Below, one piece after another: positions 12,821 through 27,939 of a DNA stretch of 64,000 bases (the first letter of the stretch is position 1; each line of letters starts with the position of its first letter). Origin of the DNA: Eledone cirrhosa (taxonomy: Eukaryota); contig OZ024756.1 of NCBI GenBank assembly GCA_964016885.1, positions 7,626,001 through 7,690,000 on the forward strand, written 5' to 3'. The translations under genes and the position numbers were made by a program. The notes beneath the pieces are model-generated. The model was not told the DNA's origin. It was given only the letters and a program-made list of their open reading frames with translations, and made no database searches.

Positions 12821-13800
12821 TATTTCTTTTATTTGCCACTAGGGCATCAAAAGTGGGACAAGTACAAAGGGGGGAGTTTACATAAAAAGGCGTCCTCAAT
12901 AAGGAGGAGGCAATAACAAAATATAAAAATAAAATAAGATATAACAAAAAATAAAATTTTTAACAAAATCCTCAATAGAGAGGAGGCGCCTTGGGGGGTC
13001 GCACACACCCCCGAAAAAAGTGTGCAACCCTTCTCCTCAGGAGCACAGAGAAGGGGTGCTCCCTTGGTCTTTCATCTTCCTCACCTATAGTCTGATGTAG
13101 AGTGAAGGCCCATTCACACGGGCCATTCTCGCCACTTTCACCCATCTTTCATAGAAACGGCTGGGGTGCAGCACCTCTCTCTCCATCCTGATCCTTCTTC
13201 CAAAATGATATCGGAAGAAACGGACCAGTTGTTGGCCAGAGAGAAAGGTGCCCGACCTCAGTCCTTTCAGACGCGTCCACCATACAACCTCTTTCGCCAT
13301 GGCTATTACGCACAGAAACACCGCCTCTGCTTCATCTTTGAAGGGGGGAGGCGGCTTGATCATTACAATAGACTCGGTGGTCAACCGGATCGGTCCCACC
13401 CTTGACAGCAGTTGTTCGACATAGCCCCACAGATCGGCTACGCCCGAGCAGTGTACTAATGCGTGTGCAACGGTTTCCTCGTCGCACACGCATCTGGGAC
13501 AGATCTTTTTGGCGGGGTCCCTACCCGGGCGCCCGTGTCTGTAGAGCCTTTCTCGAACGGGTAAAGCCCCTCGGTAGCACTGCCAGGCCAGGGACTTCTG
13601 GAAGTTGTCCATAGGTCCCGGGCTGAATGTCCTACCGAACAGGCTGGCCAGTTCGTCCTCCTCCATGTCTAGGGCTTCTCCGAGAGCGTCGTCGCACCTG
13701 CTGCGTACCAGCCCTCTATAGAATGTTGCGGTGGAGTCTCCACTGATAACCGGATCCGCCTGCCAGAGGGCGGTGAGCGCCTGGGCACACTCAGTGTGCC
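12821..13800 (-). mobile_element. L1/Tx1-like LINE 3' fragment, copy 1 (ORF2 C-terminal zinc-binding region plus 3'UTR)
   Basis: Open frame 13800->13085: W..YRGALPVRERL...CPRCVCDEETVAHALVHC...W, a zf-RVT-like CxxC...HxxxxC motif. 3' end abuts (TCTA)n. Confidence 0.85.
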
Positions 13801-13850
13801 TAGATAGATAGATAGATAGATAGATTGATAGATATATATATAGATAGATA

Positions 13851-14770
13851 TGTTTCTTTATTAGCCACAGGGGCACAAAAGAAGGGGACAAATACAAAGG
13901 CGGAAGTTTACATACAATAAAAACGTGTAAAATATTATCACAAATGCAATTTAAAAATTCGTCGATTTTCCCCAATAGGGGGAGACATTACATATGGGTA
14001 ACACTACCCCCGAAAAAAATGTGCAACCCTCATCTCCAGGAGTGCGAAGAGTTTGTACCCCTTTCTTCTCCTCCTCTTTCTTCTGAACTTACTGGCTGAT
14101 ATAGAAGGAAGGCCCAGTCACTCGGGCCATTCTCGCCACTTTCACCCACCTTTCATAAAACTTGCTGGGGTACAGCACCTCTCTTTCCATCCTGATTCTT
14201 CTTCCAAAGTGGTATTTGAAAAAAGAATCAGTTGTTACCCGGAGAGAAAGGTGTCTGACCTCAGCCCTCTCAACCTTGTCCACCATACAACCTCTTTCTC
14301 CATAGCTCGTTTTTGAAGGAGTGTGGCGGTTTGATCATGACAATGGATTCGTTGGTCAACCGGATTGGTCCCACCCGCCACAATAGTCCTTCTACATAGC
14401 CCCACAGGTCGGTAACGCCCGGGCAATGTATGAATCCGTGCGCGACCGTTTCTTCGTCTCGCACGCACCTCGGACAGATCTCTTTTGCAGGGTCTCTTCC
14501 CGGGCGCCCATGTCTGTAGAGCTTGTCTCGAACTGGTAGAGCACCTCGGTAGCACTGCGTGGCTAGGGACTTTTGGAAGATGTCCATCGGTCCCGGGCGG
14601 AAGGTCCTACCGAACAGACTGGCCAGTTCGTCTTCCTCTACGCCTAGAGTTTCACCGAGCGCGTTGTCGCACTTGCTGCGGATCAACCCTCTATAGAATG
14701 ACGAAGTGGAGTCTCCACTGATCGCCGGCTCCGCCTGCCAGAGGGCTGTGAGCGCGTGAGCACATTCGAT
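13851..14770 (-). mobile_element. L1/Tx1-like LINE 3' fragment, copy 2
   Basis: CYRGALPVRDKLYRHG...CPRCVRDEETVAHGFIHC; small deletion/frameshift near 14310; AATAAA then (TCTA)n. Confidence 0.85.
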
Positions 14771-14800
<30 letters not shown>

Positions 14801-14801
<1 letters not shown>

Positions 14802-15688
14802 TTCGTTATTATCCACAAGGGCGCACAAGAAAAGGGGTCGAAACAAAGACACATGCCGGGGATTTTACATACAATCGTGTAAAAAATATTGAAACAAACA
14901 AATTTAACAATCGAAATCCCCAATAAGGGGGAGGCGCCACAAATAGGCTGTTTAATACCCTGTCGATAGAACAACCCTCAACTTCAGGAGCGTGTTGTGC
15001 ATGTGCACCTTTCTTCCTTTTGCTCTTTTCTTCACTCGGGCCGTTTTTGTCACATTCACTCAGCTTTCAGCAAATTTACTGGGGTGCTGTGCCTCTCTCT
15101 CCACTCTGATTCTCCTTCTAAAGTGGTACCTAAAGAAGGGAATGAGTTGTTCTCCGGTGAGAAAGGGATCTGTCCTCAGTCCTGTCAATCTCGTCCACCA
15201 TATAACCTCTTTCACCATAGCCACTATACAGAGGAAAACCGCCTCTCTTTCCTTTTCGAAAGAAGTTGGCGGTTTGATCCTTACTATGGACTTGGCAGTC
15301 AACTGGAGTTGTCCCATACGTGACAGCAGTTGTTCTGTGTAGTTTCACAGGTCAGTTACGCCCGGGCAGTGTACAATTGAGTGCAAGATGGTTTCATTGT
15401 CCTGCCTGGATCTTGGACACGTCCTCTTGGAAGGATACCGGCTGAGGCGTCCGTGCCTGTAGATCGTGTCATAAACTGGTAGACTCCTCGGTAGCACTGC
15501 TAGGCCAGGGACCTCTGGAAGTTGTCCATAGGTCCCGGGCGGAAAGTCCAACCAAACAGACTGGTGAGTTCGTCGTCTTCGACGCCAATAGTCTCTCCGA
15601 GCACTTCGTCGCCCTCGTGATGTACTAACCCTCTATAGAATGTCGAAGTGGATTGCTGTGCCCGCTTGTCAGAGGACTTTGAGCGCCT
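14801..15688 (-). mobile_element. L1/Tx1-like LINE 3' fragment, copy 3 (frameshifted)
   Basis: PGPMDNFQRSLA, ETILHSIVHCPGVTDL and EAVFLCIVAMVKEVIWWTRL spread over several frames. Confidence 0.82.
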
Positions 15689-15747
<59 letters not shown>

Positions 15748-15760
15748 TAGATAGATAGAT

Positions 15761-16033
15761 TTCTGTATTTGCCACAAGGGTGCACAAGAAAAGGGGACAA
15801 AACAAAGACACATGCCGAGGATTTTACATACAGTCGTGTAAAAATATTGAAACAAACAATTATAACAATCGAAATCCCAATAGGGAGGTGGCGCACAAAT
15901 GGGTTGTTAAGTCCCTTTCAGTAAATTTACTGGGGTGCAGTACCTCTCGCTCCACTCTGATTCTCCTTCTAAATTGATATCTAAAGAATGGAATCAATTG
16001 TTGTCCGGAGAGAAAGGCATGTCCTCAGTCCTC
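15761..16033 (-). mobile_element. L1/Tx1-like LINE 3' fragment, copy 4 (short, internally deleted)
   Basis: 3'UTR matches 14801-14945; 15915-16033 matches 15067-15183. Confidence 0.75.
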
Positions 16034-16036
16034 TCA

Positions 16037-16147
<111 letters not shown>

Positions 16148-16313
16148 AATAGATATATTGATTGAAGTTAATAGAAAAAAAAGTGTCCGATAATGAAAGA
16201 CAACAGTCTTGTGTGTATGTGTACGTATGTATGTGTGTATGTATAATGTTATTATGTGTTCATATAGATTTATGTTTATGAAAAGTTTGAAAATAAAACA
16301 CACACACACACAT

Positions 16314-16398
<85 letters not shown>

Positions 16399-17025
16399 TG
16401 AAAATAGAGAAATTAATGTAAGCAAAAGGCCCAGAATAATTCAGACATATAAGTGACTATACCAAGATGAAAACATGTTTAATGTAAGATGAGGAAAAAG
16501 TAATACAATCTTAATTTAAAACAAATCAAGAAGAAAAACTTTATCCTCAGACTTTGTGTAAGTTGGGGAAAAAGCAGTACAATCTTAATTCAAAATAAAA
16601 TCAAGAAATACTTAACCGTCAATTTGGGTAAAACTACAAATGCACTATATAGTCTTAAAAGGCTATTTCACGAAACTTTTCAGTGGGGTTAGTCACGGGA
16701 ATCGATCTTCAGTAGTGCTGAAATCATTAACCAAATTTACCACTGCTAAAATGCCGGAGGGGAATTAAAAGCAGGCAAGCGACAGCGTGTAGAAATGAAA
16801 TAACAAAACACACATGGACACAAGCTAGTGATGGTGGGATGAGACGAAAAAGCTGTTTACAAGAAACAACAGTCAAAACATTCCGAAAAAAATCAACAAA
16901 AATATGGAGTTCAGCATAAGCAATATTATCGCAGTTTTTTTTTATATTTTATATATATACACACACACGCGCATATATATATACATATATATAGTAGATA
17001 AATCTACCAAAAGTTTACGGTAGTG

Positions 17026-17062
<37 letters not shown>

Positions 17063-17164
17063 TACTTCGTCTCTACCTTTTCCTTCTCTGTATGTTTCCA
17101 ATTATTTTTTTTGTTTGTTACATGATAATGGAAGAAGAAGAAGAAGAAGAAGAAGAAGAATATT

Positions 17165-17352
17165 AATTGTTTCTACTTTTGGCACAAGGCCAGCAATTAC
17201 TCCAGTATTTTACTGGTACTTTATTCTATCGACCCGGTAAGGATGAAAGGCAAAGTTAAATCGGTGGGATTTGAACTCAGAATGACAAGGGCCGTAATTC
17301 TATGCGTCAAAGCATGGCGTCCGACCATCTACCGATTCTGGTAATCCACCGC
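17165..17352 (-). mobile_element. SINE group A
   Basis: Reverse complement of the consensus. Confidence 0.85.
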
Positions 17353-17759
17353 CATAACAATAATGACGATAATAGTAACAATATAAAATAATACAGAAAG
17401 TAGGAAGATGGTGGGGAGAAGGGGGAGAAGGGATGAGAAGGCGGAGAAGGAGGGGGAGAAGGAGCGGAGGATGAGGAGGAGGAAGAGGAGGGGTGATGAG
17501 GTGGGGGAGAAGGGTGGGGGCGATTCCTTAGAGAGATAACTTCTTGACAGAGTTATTGGCATTATATTGTGGAATGTTTGTTTGTCGATAAACTGTCTCA
17601 TTAAAGAGGGTTGCTGGGGTCGGGCGGGTGTGTGGGGCGTGGGAGTAGAGAGATATGGTGTGGGATAGAGAGAGAGGTGGGTAAATAGATAGATAGAGAG
17701 GTTGGGCGGGAGAGTGGGTAGGAGGGAGAGAGAGGGAGGGACTCGGAGAATAGATAGAT

Positions 17760-18064
17760 AGAGAAAGAGAGTTAGCTAGATAGAGAGATAGAGAGATTGA
17801 CTGAGGAGGAGGAGGAGGAGGAGAGAGATGCAGTGAATGTGTGTGTGAGAGAGACAGGGAGAGAGAGAATGAGAAAGACAAGAGAGAGAGAGAGAGTGAG
17901 TGAGAGAGCCAAGAGAAAGAGAGAGAGTGAGAGAGAGAGAGAAAGATCGTGAGACACAGAGAGAGAGAGTGAGAGAGAGTGAGCGTGAGAGAGACAGAGA
18001 GTGAGGGAGAGTGAGACACAGAGAGAGAGTGAGAGAGTGAGGCACAGCAAGAGAGAGAGAGAGC

Positions 18065-18142
<78 letters not shown>

Positions 18143-18192
18143 GAGGGTGAGACACATCGAGAGAGAGACACAGAGAGAGAGAGACAGAGAGG

Positions 18193-18226
<34 letters not shown>

Positions 18227-18261
18227 AGATGCTATAGAAATATATAGAGAGAGAGTGAGAC

Positions 18262-18308
<47 letters not shown>

Positions 18309-18346
18309 GCTATAGAAATATATATAGAGAGAGAGTGAGAGAGAGT

Positions 18347-18385
<39 letters not shown>

Positions 18386-18481
18386 TGAGAGGGTGAGACA
18401 CATCGAGAGAGAGACAGAGAGAGTGAGAGGGTGAGACACATCGAGAGAGAGACAGAGAGAGAGAGAGACAGAGAGGGAGAG

Positions 18482-18535
<54 letters not shown>

Positions 18536-18560
18536 AGATGCTATAGAAATATATAGAGAG
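17760..18560. repeat. Degenerate (GA)n tract with internal duplications
   Basis: Directly visible; GAAGATGCTATAGAAATATATAG occurs three times. Confidence 0.9.
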
Positions 18561-18647
18561 ATATGATCTGTGAAATAGCTGGCGATACCTTGTTAAAGGA
18601 GATCAGACTGTGTCAGTGATAGATTTAAAGAGAGTGGGGAACTACCT

Positions 18648-19138
18648 TATATATACATATATACACACATATACAGACATATACATATACACATACATAT
18701 ACACATATATACGTATATATACACATACAAAAGCACATACCCCCACAGCCATACATATACACATACATATACACATATACATATACACATATACACATAT
18801 ACACATATACACATATACACACATACACACATACACACTAATACACACACATACATCTGAACATACTTATACACACATACACATACATATACGCAAATAT
18901 ACACACATATACACACACATACATATACACATACATATACACGTACATTTACACATACACATACACACATACAGATACATATATACATATACATATACAC
19001 GCACACACATACATATAGACATACATATACACGCACACACACATACATATACACACATATATACACATACATACACACATACATGTACATATATACATAC
19101 ATATACACACATACACACGTGCATATATATATACACAC

Positions 19139-19173
<35 letters not shown>

Positions 19174-19904
19174 AACATATATATATATATATACACACAC
19201 ATATATATATATATACACACACATACATATACATATACACACACATACTCTTTTATACTCTTTTACCTGTTTCAGCCATCCGGCTGAGGCCATGCTGGGA
19301 CACCGCACACATACATATACATATACACACACACACACATACATATTCATATACACACACACATATATATATATACAAACACATACACACATATATATAT
19401 ATATATACACATACATATATATACACACATACAGACACATACATATATACACACACACACGCACATATATATACACACACATACACACATATACATATAT
19501 ATATACACACATATATATATATATACACACATACACACGTATATATATATATATATACACACATACATACACATATATACACAAATACACACACATACAT
19601 ACACATGTATACACAAATACACATATATATATATATACACGCATACATATACACACACACACACACACAGATATATATACATATACACATATATATATAC
19701 ACATACAAACACATATATATACACATACACACACACATATATATATACACATACGCACACATATATATATATATATATACACACACACATACATATATAT
19801 ATATACACACATACACACATACATATATATATATATACACACATACATATATATACACACATACATATATATATACACACATACTCACACACATATATAT
19901 GTAT

Positions 19905-19949
<45 letters not shown>

Positions 19950-20200
19950 TACACACACATCTGTATATATATACACACACACGCACATATGTATATACAC
20001 ACACACACAAACACATATATATATACACACATACACACACATATATATATTCCTATATACAAATATACACACATACATATATATATATATACACACATAC
20101 ATATACACACACACCTATATATATAAACACACATACACACACATACATACGTATACACACACACATATATGTATACACACACACGTACATACATAGATAT
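18648..20200. repeat. (CA)/(TA) low-complexity tract
   Basis: Directly visible. Confidence 0.95.
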
Positions 20201-20435
20201 AACTACTAACTGTGTTTTGTTTTGTTTTCTGCTCATTGTAGAGTTTTTGTGGATTTTTTGTTTTGTTGTTGTTATTTGATAATTTTAATTTACGAGAATC
20301 GTATCGATTTATGATCTACTTAATGTCTTATAAGTACACACACACGCATATATATATATATAAATATATATATAAACACACTTCTATTCACATATATATA
20401 CATATATATATAAATACACACACATCTATACACGC

Positions 20436-20514
<79 letters not shown>

Positions 20515-20571
20515 GTTGATTTAAAACTGCACTATTCACAAGTGTTTTTTAACCTTCATATCATGTCTCCC

Positions 20572-20642
20572 TATTTTATCTGACGAAAACGCAAATGTCA
20601 TAGCATGATGATATTTGTTTTTGAAATGCGCATAATAAAATA
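20572..20642 (+). ncRNA. Type I hammerhead ribozyme motif
   Basis: TATTTTAT-CTGACGA-AAACGCAAATGTCA..TGATATTTGTTTTT-GAAA-TGCGCA-TA-ATAAAATA. Perfect 8-bp stem I, palindromic stem III. Confidence 0.8.
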
Positions 20643-20741
20643 TTTGGAACTCTTTTAACCATCTTTTGATCTTATATATTATATACATATATATATATAT
20701 ACACACACATTTTACCTTCGCAATTATCATTAATATTTCTC

Positions 20742-20852
20742 AAATCCCGCAGAGGTTAACTTTGCCTTTCATCCTTACGGGGTCGATAAAATAAAGTACC
20801 AGTAATGTACTGGGTTATTGCTGGCCTTGTGCCAAAAGTAGAAACAATTATT
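20742..20852 (+). mobile_element. SINE group A, 5'-truncated
   Basis: Matches the consensus 3' part. Confidence 0.85.
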
Positions 20853-20859
20853 ATATACA

Positions 20860-21269
<410 letters not shown>

Positions 21270-21338
21270 TATCCAAGAAAAATTTAAACCATTAAGATCT
21301 CCTTCCTGGATATGTCAACATTTATAAAACAAACTTTG

Positions 21339-21399
21339 TATTTTATCTGATGAGAGCGAACCAAAATTTTGGTAACTTTGAAATATATATAATAGAATA
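21339..21399 (+). ncRNA. Type I hammerhead ribozyme motif (solo terminal repeat, same family as 12388)
   Basis: TATTTTAT-CTGATGA-GAGCGAACCAAAATTTTGGTAACTTT-GAAA-TATATA-TA-ATAGAATA. Confidence 0.7.
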
Positions 21400-21457
21400 A
21401 ATAAGGTTTTATAAATATAGTTTCCATATATTTAATGTCATTGTATATATATATATT

Positions 21458-21573
<116 letters not shown>

Positions 21574-21921
21574 ATATATATATATAGTAAGAGGGAGAGA
21601 GGGGTGAATATATATGTATGTGTGCGTAAAAAGAAACATACACACACACATATATATATATATACTCATACACACATATATATATATACACAGACATACA
21701 TATATACATACACACATATACACACATTCATGACCCTCTTCTGCTATTTCAAGCTTTAAACTAATATATTCCTTCCATTTGAGTTATTTCTCTTTAACTT
21801 TTATAGTTCTCGGTACCCCGGCCGATTAACTAACTCGATATGCAAATTAGGCTGCTCAGCCGTTAATATGCATAAGGAAACTATATATTTTCAGACGTTC
21901 AACCATCTGGCAGGAAGGTAT

Positions 21922-21964
21922 ACGTTGCTGACGATAGCTAATAAGCTTGAAACTAGTACAGCGT
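21922..21964 (+). ncRNA. Minimal type I hammerhead ribozyme motif
   Basis: ACGTTG-CTGACGA-TAGCTAATAAGCTT-GAAA-CTAG-TA-CAGCGT; GUA cleavage triplet. Confidence 0.78.
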
Positions 21965-22358
21965 TCCTATGTCAGTGTTGAACAAATGAGCAACGATGGT
22001 TGCTAGACACTGTACGGCTTAATTAGGGATGTTTGTTTGCAAACACACCGAGCATTATAATAAATGTTCGGTGAATCCATACGTACATATATATATGTGT
22101 GCATGTATGTATATATATATATATATATACATACTACTATACGTCTGTATACATATATGTATGTACGTATACATACTTATATTTAAGTAACAGCCGTACT
22201 AAGAGTGAGAAATTAAATTTCGTTTCATTTTTTCCGTTTATCGTTTTCGGTACCCCGGCCGATTAACTCACTCGATATACAAATTAGGCTGCTCAGCCGT
22301 TAATATACATAAGGAAAGTATATACTTTCAGACGTGCAACCATCTGGCAGGAAGTTAT

Positions 22359-22401
22359 ACGTTGCTGACGATAGCTAATAAGCTTGAAACTAGTACAGAG
22401 T
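22359..22401 (+). ncRNA. Minimal type I hammerhead ribozyme motif (second unit)
   Basis: Same core as 21922; one stem I mismatch (CAGAGT). Confidence 0.7.
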
Positions 22402-22541
22402 TCCTTTGTCAGTGTTGAAAAAATTAGCAACGATGGTTGCTAGACACTGTACGGCTTAATTCGGGATATTTGTTTAAAAACACACCGAGCATTATAATAA
22501 ATGTTCGGTGAATCCATACGTACATATATATATATGTGTGC

Positions 22542-22576
<35 letters not shown>

Positions 22577-22619
22577 CTACTGTACGTCTGTATACATATA
22601 TGTATATATATATACACAT

Positions 22620-22722
22620 ATGGTTAGAGAATTGGATTCGCAGTTTTGAGGTTGTCGGTTCGATTCCCGGACCGGGCGATACGTTATGTCTTTGAGCAAG
22701 ACACTTTATTTCACGTTGCTCC
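22620..22722 (+). mobile_element. SINE group B 5' part (tRNA head plus CORE-like segment)
   Basis: GGTTCGATTCCCGG then TTGAGCAAGACACTTTATTTCACGTTGCTCC. Confidence 0.75.
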
Positions 22723-22832
22723 TTCTACCTGGAATTGCGACCGATGGATAGTATTAGCAACTGGAAAGACCGACGGAAACACTGTTTCCTCGGTCCGATT
22801 TGACGAAAGTCGATCGATCCTTTAATATATAT

Positions 22833-23503
<671 letters not shown>

Positions 23504-24010
23504 AATATATATATACATAAATATATATATATATATATATCCAGTGGGTGTTACTAGGAGTTACTGGAGGTTCACCCGGGTGAGCACTCGATGTTTAGGT
23601 TCACTTCTGTGATGATGTGTAGAGCTATACAGAGTCTAAAATATAGAAAGGATAAAAAGTACGATTGATTATTCCTTCATTGCATTTGTTGATAGGTGAA
23701 GCGCGTTTCGCCACTGATCAGCTCAAGGTTCGATCTATATCGATCCTACCCGACTCAATAATCGGCAGCTCGGGTAGGATCGATATAGATCTTAATCGGC
23801 TTAATTCGGGATGTTTGTTTACAAACACACCGAGGATTATAATAAATGTTGGGTGAATACATACGTACATAGATATGTGTGTGTGCATGTATGTATATAT
23901 ATATACATACTACTTATACGTCTATATACATATATGTATGTACGTATACATACTTATATTTAAGTAACAGCAGTACTAGGAGTGAGAAATGAAATTTCGT
24001 TTCATGTTTT

Positions 24011-24045
<35 letters not shown>

Positions 24046-24232
24046 AACATACCTCACACACACACGTCACTTCATACACATACCTCACACACACACGCAT
24101 CCACACACACATCAACACACACACACAAACACACGTTAATGCATATAAACACATCACACACATAAGCACGTTTTAATTCATATCCACACATCACACAAAC
24201 ACATTCAGACAAAACTACGTTGCAGCACCTTC

Positions 24233-24309
<77 letters not shown>

Positions 24310-24340
24310 AACGAGTATATATATATATACATATATATAT

Positions 24341-24737
24341 ACGATATTAACAAATGGAAACTATATTTATAAAACCATATTTATTTTATTATACATATTT
24401 CAAGGACACCACGTTAAATTATGGTGTGCTTTCATCAGACAAAATACATTATAGATCAGTTTTATAAATAAATATTGACATACCCAGTAATGGTTGCATT
24501 TTTTAAGGGTATGTCAATATTTATCTATAAAACTGATCTATATTGTATTTTGTCTGATGAAAGCACACCATAATTTAACGTGGTGTCCTTGAAATATGTA
24601 TAATAAAATAAATATGGTTTTATAAATATAGTTTCCATTTGTTAATATCGTATGTTTACTCCAAATACTTGTTGAGTGCTTTATATCAGTTATAAAAATA
24701 TTTGCTTGTTGTATCCCAACAATTTAAATAGAACTTT

Positions 24738-24740
<3 letters not shown>
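24341..24740. mobile_element. Palindromic mini-element with paired hammerheads (minus 24382-24446, plus 24546-24610)
   Basis: Arms 24341-24485 and 24507-24652. CTGATGA-AAGCACACCA..TGGTGTCCTT-GAAA-TATGTA-TA-ATAAAATA. Confidence 0.85.
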
Positions 24741-24792
<52 letters not shown>

Positions 24793-25229
24793 CACCCACA
24801 CACATACACTCAGTCAAAACCTCACACAAACATATACATACTCTCAACTGGCTGCGAGTGCACACACTATTGTATGTGTGTGCTTAACCAGAAAATGGAG
24901 AATATATTTAATGTTAAACAATTATGCTGTGTGTGTACATGTGGAATAGTGTAGCGAAAGCTAGTAAAGTGGTCTCGAGAGTAATAACAACATGAGGGAG
25001 AAGTTTGTATACAAAGGTTCAGGTGAACACTCCTATAGTTAAGCTTTATATCTCGTTGCCATAGAGTTGAGTTTGGGAATTGAAAGTCAGATATTTGCAA
25101 ATGTGGGAGAATCTTTAAATTTTCCGAGTAAAACAAACTTTAGTTGATAACATTTACTAGAAGACAATGTTTAAAGACAAATAAAGGAGCACATCTCTCC
25201 GGGGAGATACAATATGTGTAAGACACAGA

Positions 25230-25395
<166 letters not shown>

Positions 25396-26666
25396 ACAAA
25401 TACAGACACACTATCTAAATGTACCCTAGTTGCAGAAGTAATAAATTCTACATATAAAAGACATAAAACTAAATACATTATGACATGTAATAATAATTAA
25501 AATATTTTACGAATACACCGGACCGGTGATGGAAAGACTCATCAACATAAATATACAAACAATGTAAAGAGTTGAAGTGAAATATTAACGTGGGGAATTT
25601 TATGCAGATATTAGTCTATAAAAACAACTGAAGGTAAGGAGGAGACGCTAGAGGAAAAAGGGTATATAGATGAACACACGCATATATATATATATATAAT
25701 TGGTGTTTAAATGTCCGTATGCGGTAGACCGTTTGAGCACTCGATTCTCTCATAGAGCAGAGTATGATATCACAGAAAAAAAGAGAATCAGTGTTGCGAC
25801 GAATGGAATTTATTGGACATATTACAATCGTTTCTCTGGTGACCAGCTCAAGGCACGATCGATGTGATGATTGAACCTGACTCTGAAAATCGCAAGGTCC
25901 TCAAATACGTCTTGATTCTACGAAGTAGATTTTCCTAGGAAAATCTGCTTCGTCGCAACACTGATTCTCTTTTTTTCTGTCATATATATATATATAGTGT
26001 ATGTAGTACCGTGAATTACTGGTGCTGGTACCGAATCAAGCACTCTAAGCACAGGCAGAGTGTATATAACAGAAAAACGAGTAAGTTTCGTTTACATATG
26101 AATATTATTTATTGTGTATCGACCTGTTACGCACGTTTAGCAGAGGATTGGCTCAAGATGACCCATAGGAGTTATGGACCTGACTCCAGTATCGATCTGC
26201 TCCTCAGACTGGAGTCGGATCCATAACTCCCATATATATTTATATATATATAATAATACAAGGACAATTTGTTAAGCCTTCATTACGTTTATTGATTGGT
26301 GACGCTCGTTTCACTATTATAATTACAACAGCAGAGGTCCGTAGAGCTTTTGATTCCAGAGTCGGGCCAGATCGATACAGATCGAACCTTGAGCTGATCA
26401 ATAGCGAATCAATAGACCAATCAATAAACGTAATGAAAGCTTAACAAATCGTCCTTGTATATTATTATATTTACACTCTGTTTAGCTCTACACCTCGCCA
26501 CTAATGTGAACCTAAAAAGCTATACATCCAGTGCTCACCCGGGTAAACCTACAGTAACTTCCCGTTACACTCCCTGGATATATATATATAGTAAAAATGT
26601 GGACGGGAACAAAAACAGAGAGGCAGTACAAATAAAACTTTATTAGGTTCACGCTCTATATATATA

Positions 26667-26850
26667 TACGAGGGTTGACTGAAAAGTTCAGAGACTGACC
26701 AAGATACTCTCATGAAATGACAAAGAAACAATCATGTATTTACTCTTAATAATAATGGTTTCTTGAAACAATGCAGTTATTAATAAGAAGAGTTGAAATT
26801 AGTGCAAAATTTCACAGCTCTAGCATCACTCCTTCATACTCAGTCTATTC
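26667..26850. mobile_element. Mariner-type MITE, same family as 8991-9191, opposite orientation
   Basis: Starts TACGAGGGTTGACTGAAAAGTT; GACCAAGATACTCTCATG matches the family. Confidence 0.7.
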
Positions 26851-27499
26851 CGCGCATGCTATACACGTATGTAACCAACAAAGAAAAACTGTTGAACTGA
26901 TTCCGATTCTAATATCCCGTGTGTCTACTGAGTATATCTATCCTAAATACTAGCTGATTGTAGCCAATTAAGGCTCAGAGCTGGTCATTTGCGAAACACG
27001 TGTTACACATGATTGGGAATAAAATAAGTTGAACTGAAACTCCGATCTCTTTATTGATATGTATGTATGTCTGTATGTATGTATGTGTGTATATATGTAT
27101 GTGTGATACCCGATCGCGCGGTTAAACCACTGGGAGTGAAGAACCCCTAGTCTTTGTCAGGGCATTCTTCTAGGAGAAGGCAACTCAGGATACTGGGATA
27201 ACTCCGATATAAAACCTGAGGCTCAGTAGTTACCGATTATGTTGATATTTTCTTCTTTTCGGGTTATAGCTACTGTCGATCAGAGAGTGGGATTGGCACA
27301 GTGCACAGTCTTTCCTCACTTTAAAAATATTCTTCATGCACAGGCATTGCACGATAGAATTAATTAATAATTATTAATGATGTTATATCGTGCAATGGTA
27401 ATACTCGATAACGATCAACATGTATGTGTCGTACACAGTAGTACGACTACTCCTGTCCGTTGACCATTCATTTACAAGTAGCAGCTATTGGTAAGGCTG

Positions 27500-27810
27500 T
27501 GAATTGGCAGAGTCGTCAGAAGGTCTGATAGAATGTTTTGTGGTATTTATTCTCTGGTTCTCTACTCTCTGAGTTCAAATCCTGCCAAGATCAACTTTGC
27601 CTTTCATCTATTCTAGGTCGATAAAATATACCAGTCAAATACTGTTGCCGATTCTTCCTCTATATCTTTCTCCCTCCACCCCTCTCTCATTATTTCTTTC
27701 TCTGGAAGAAATCTGCTGTATTCATACTTGGAGAGGAGTTGGGTTCCAGCAAGTTTTAAAATGCCCCAGATAAGCCGTATCTCAATACAACACGGGAGTT
27801 AAGGGTCCAT
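27500..27810 (+). mobile_element. Old SINE group A head/body with the alternative tail
   Basis: TGGCAGAGTCG...GAGTTCAAATCC...GTCGATAAAATA followed by the tail shared with 6540-6720. Confidence 0.65.
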
Positions 27811-27939
27811 GCATGTATGTATGTATGTGTGTGTATATATGTATGTATATGTGTATGTATGTGTTTAATTATGTGTCAGACACACAAGTAAGGTACCCCT
27901 GACTGTTGACGATACATTTACAACAGGTAGTATCTAGTG

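Larger units (their letters stand above)
21800..22620 (+). repeat. 437-bp direct tandem dimer, one hammerhead per unit
   Basis: CGGTACCCCGGCCGATTAAC at 21811 and 22248; partial third copy at ~23797-24010. Confidence 0.9.

Noticed and set aside
13801-13975. N-terminal part of the 296-aa ORF (likewise 14771-14974)
   Set aside because: Reads through (TCTA)n and the neighbouring copy's 3'UTR; chance read-through.
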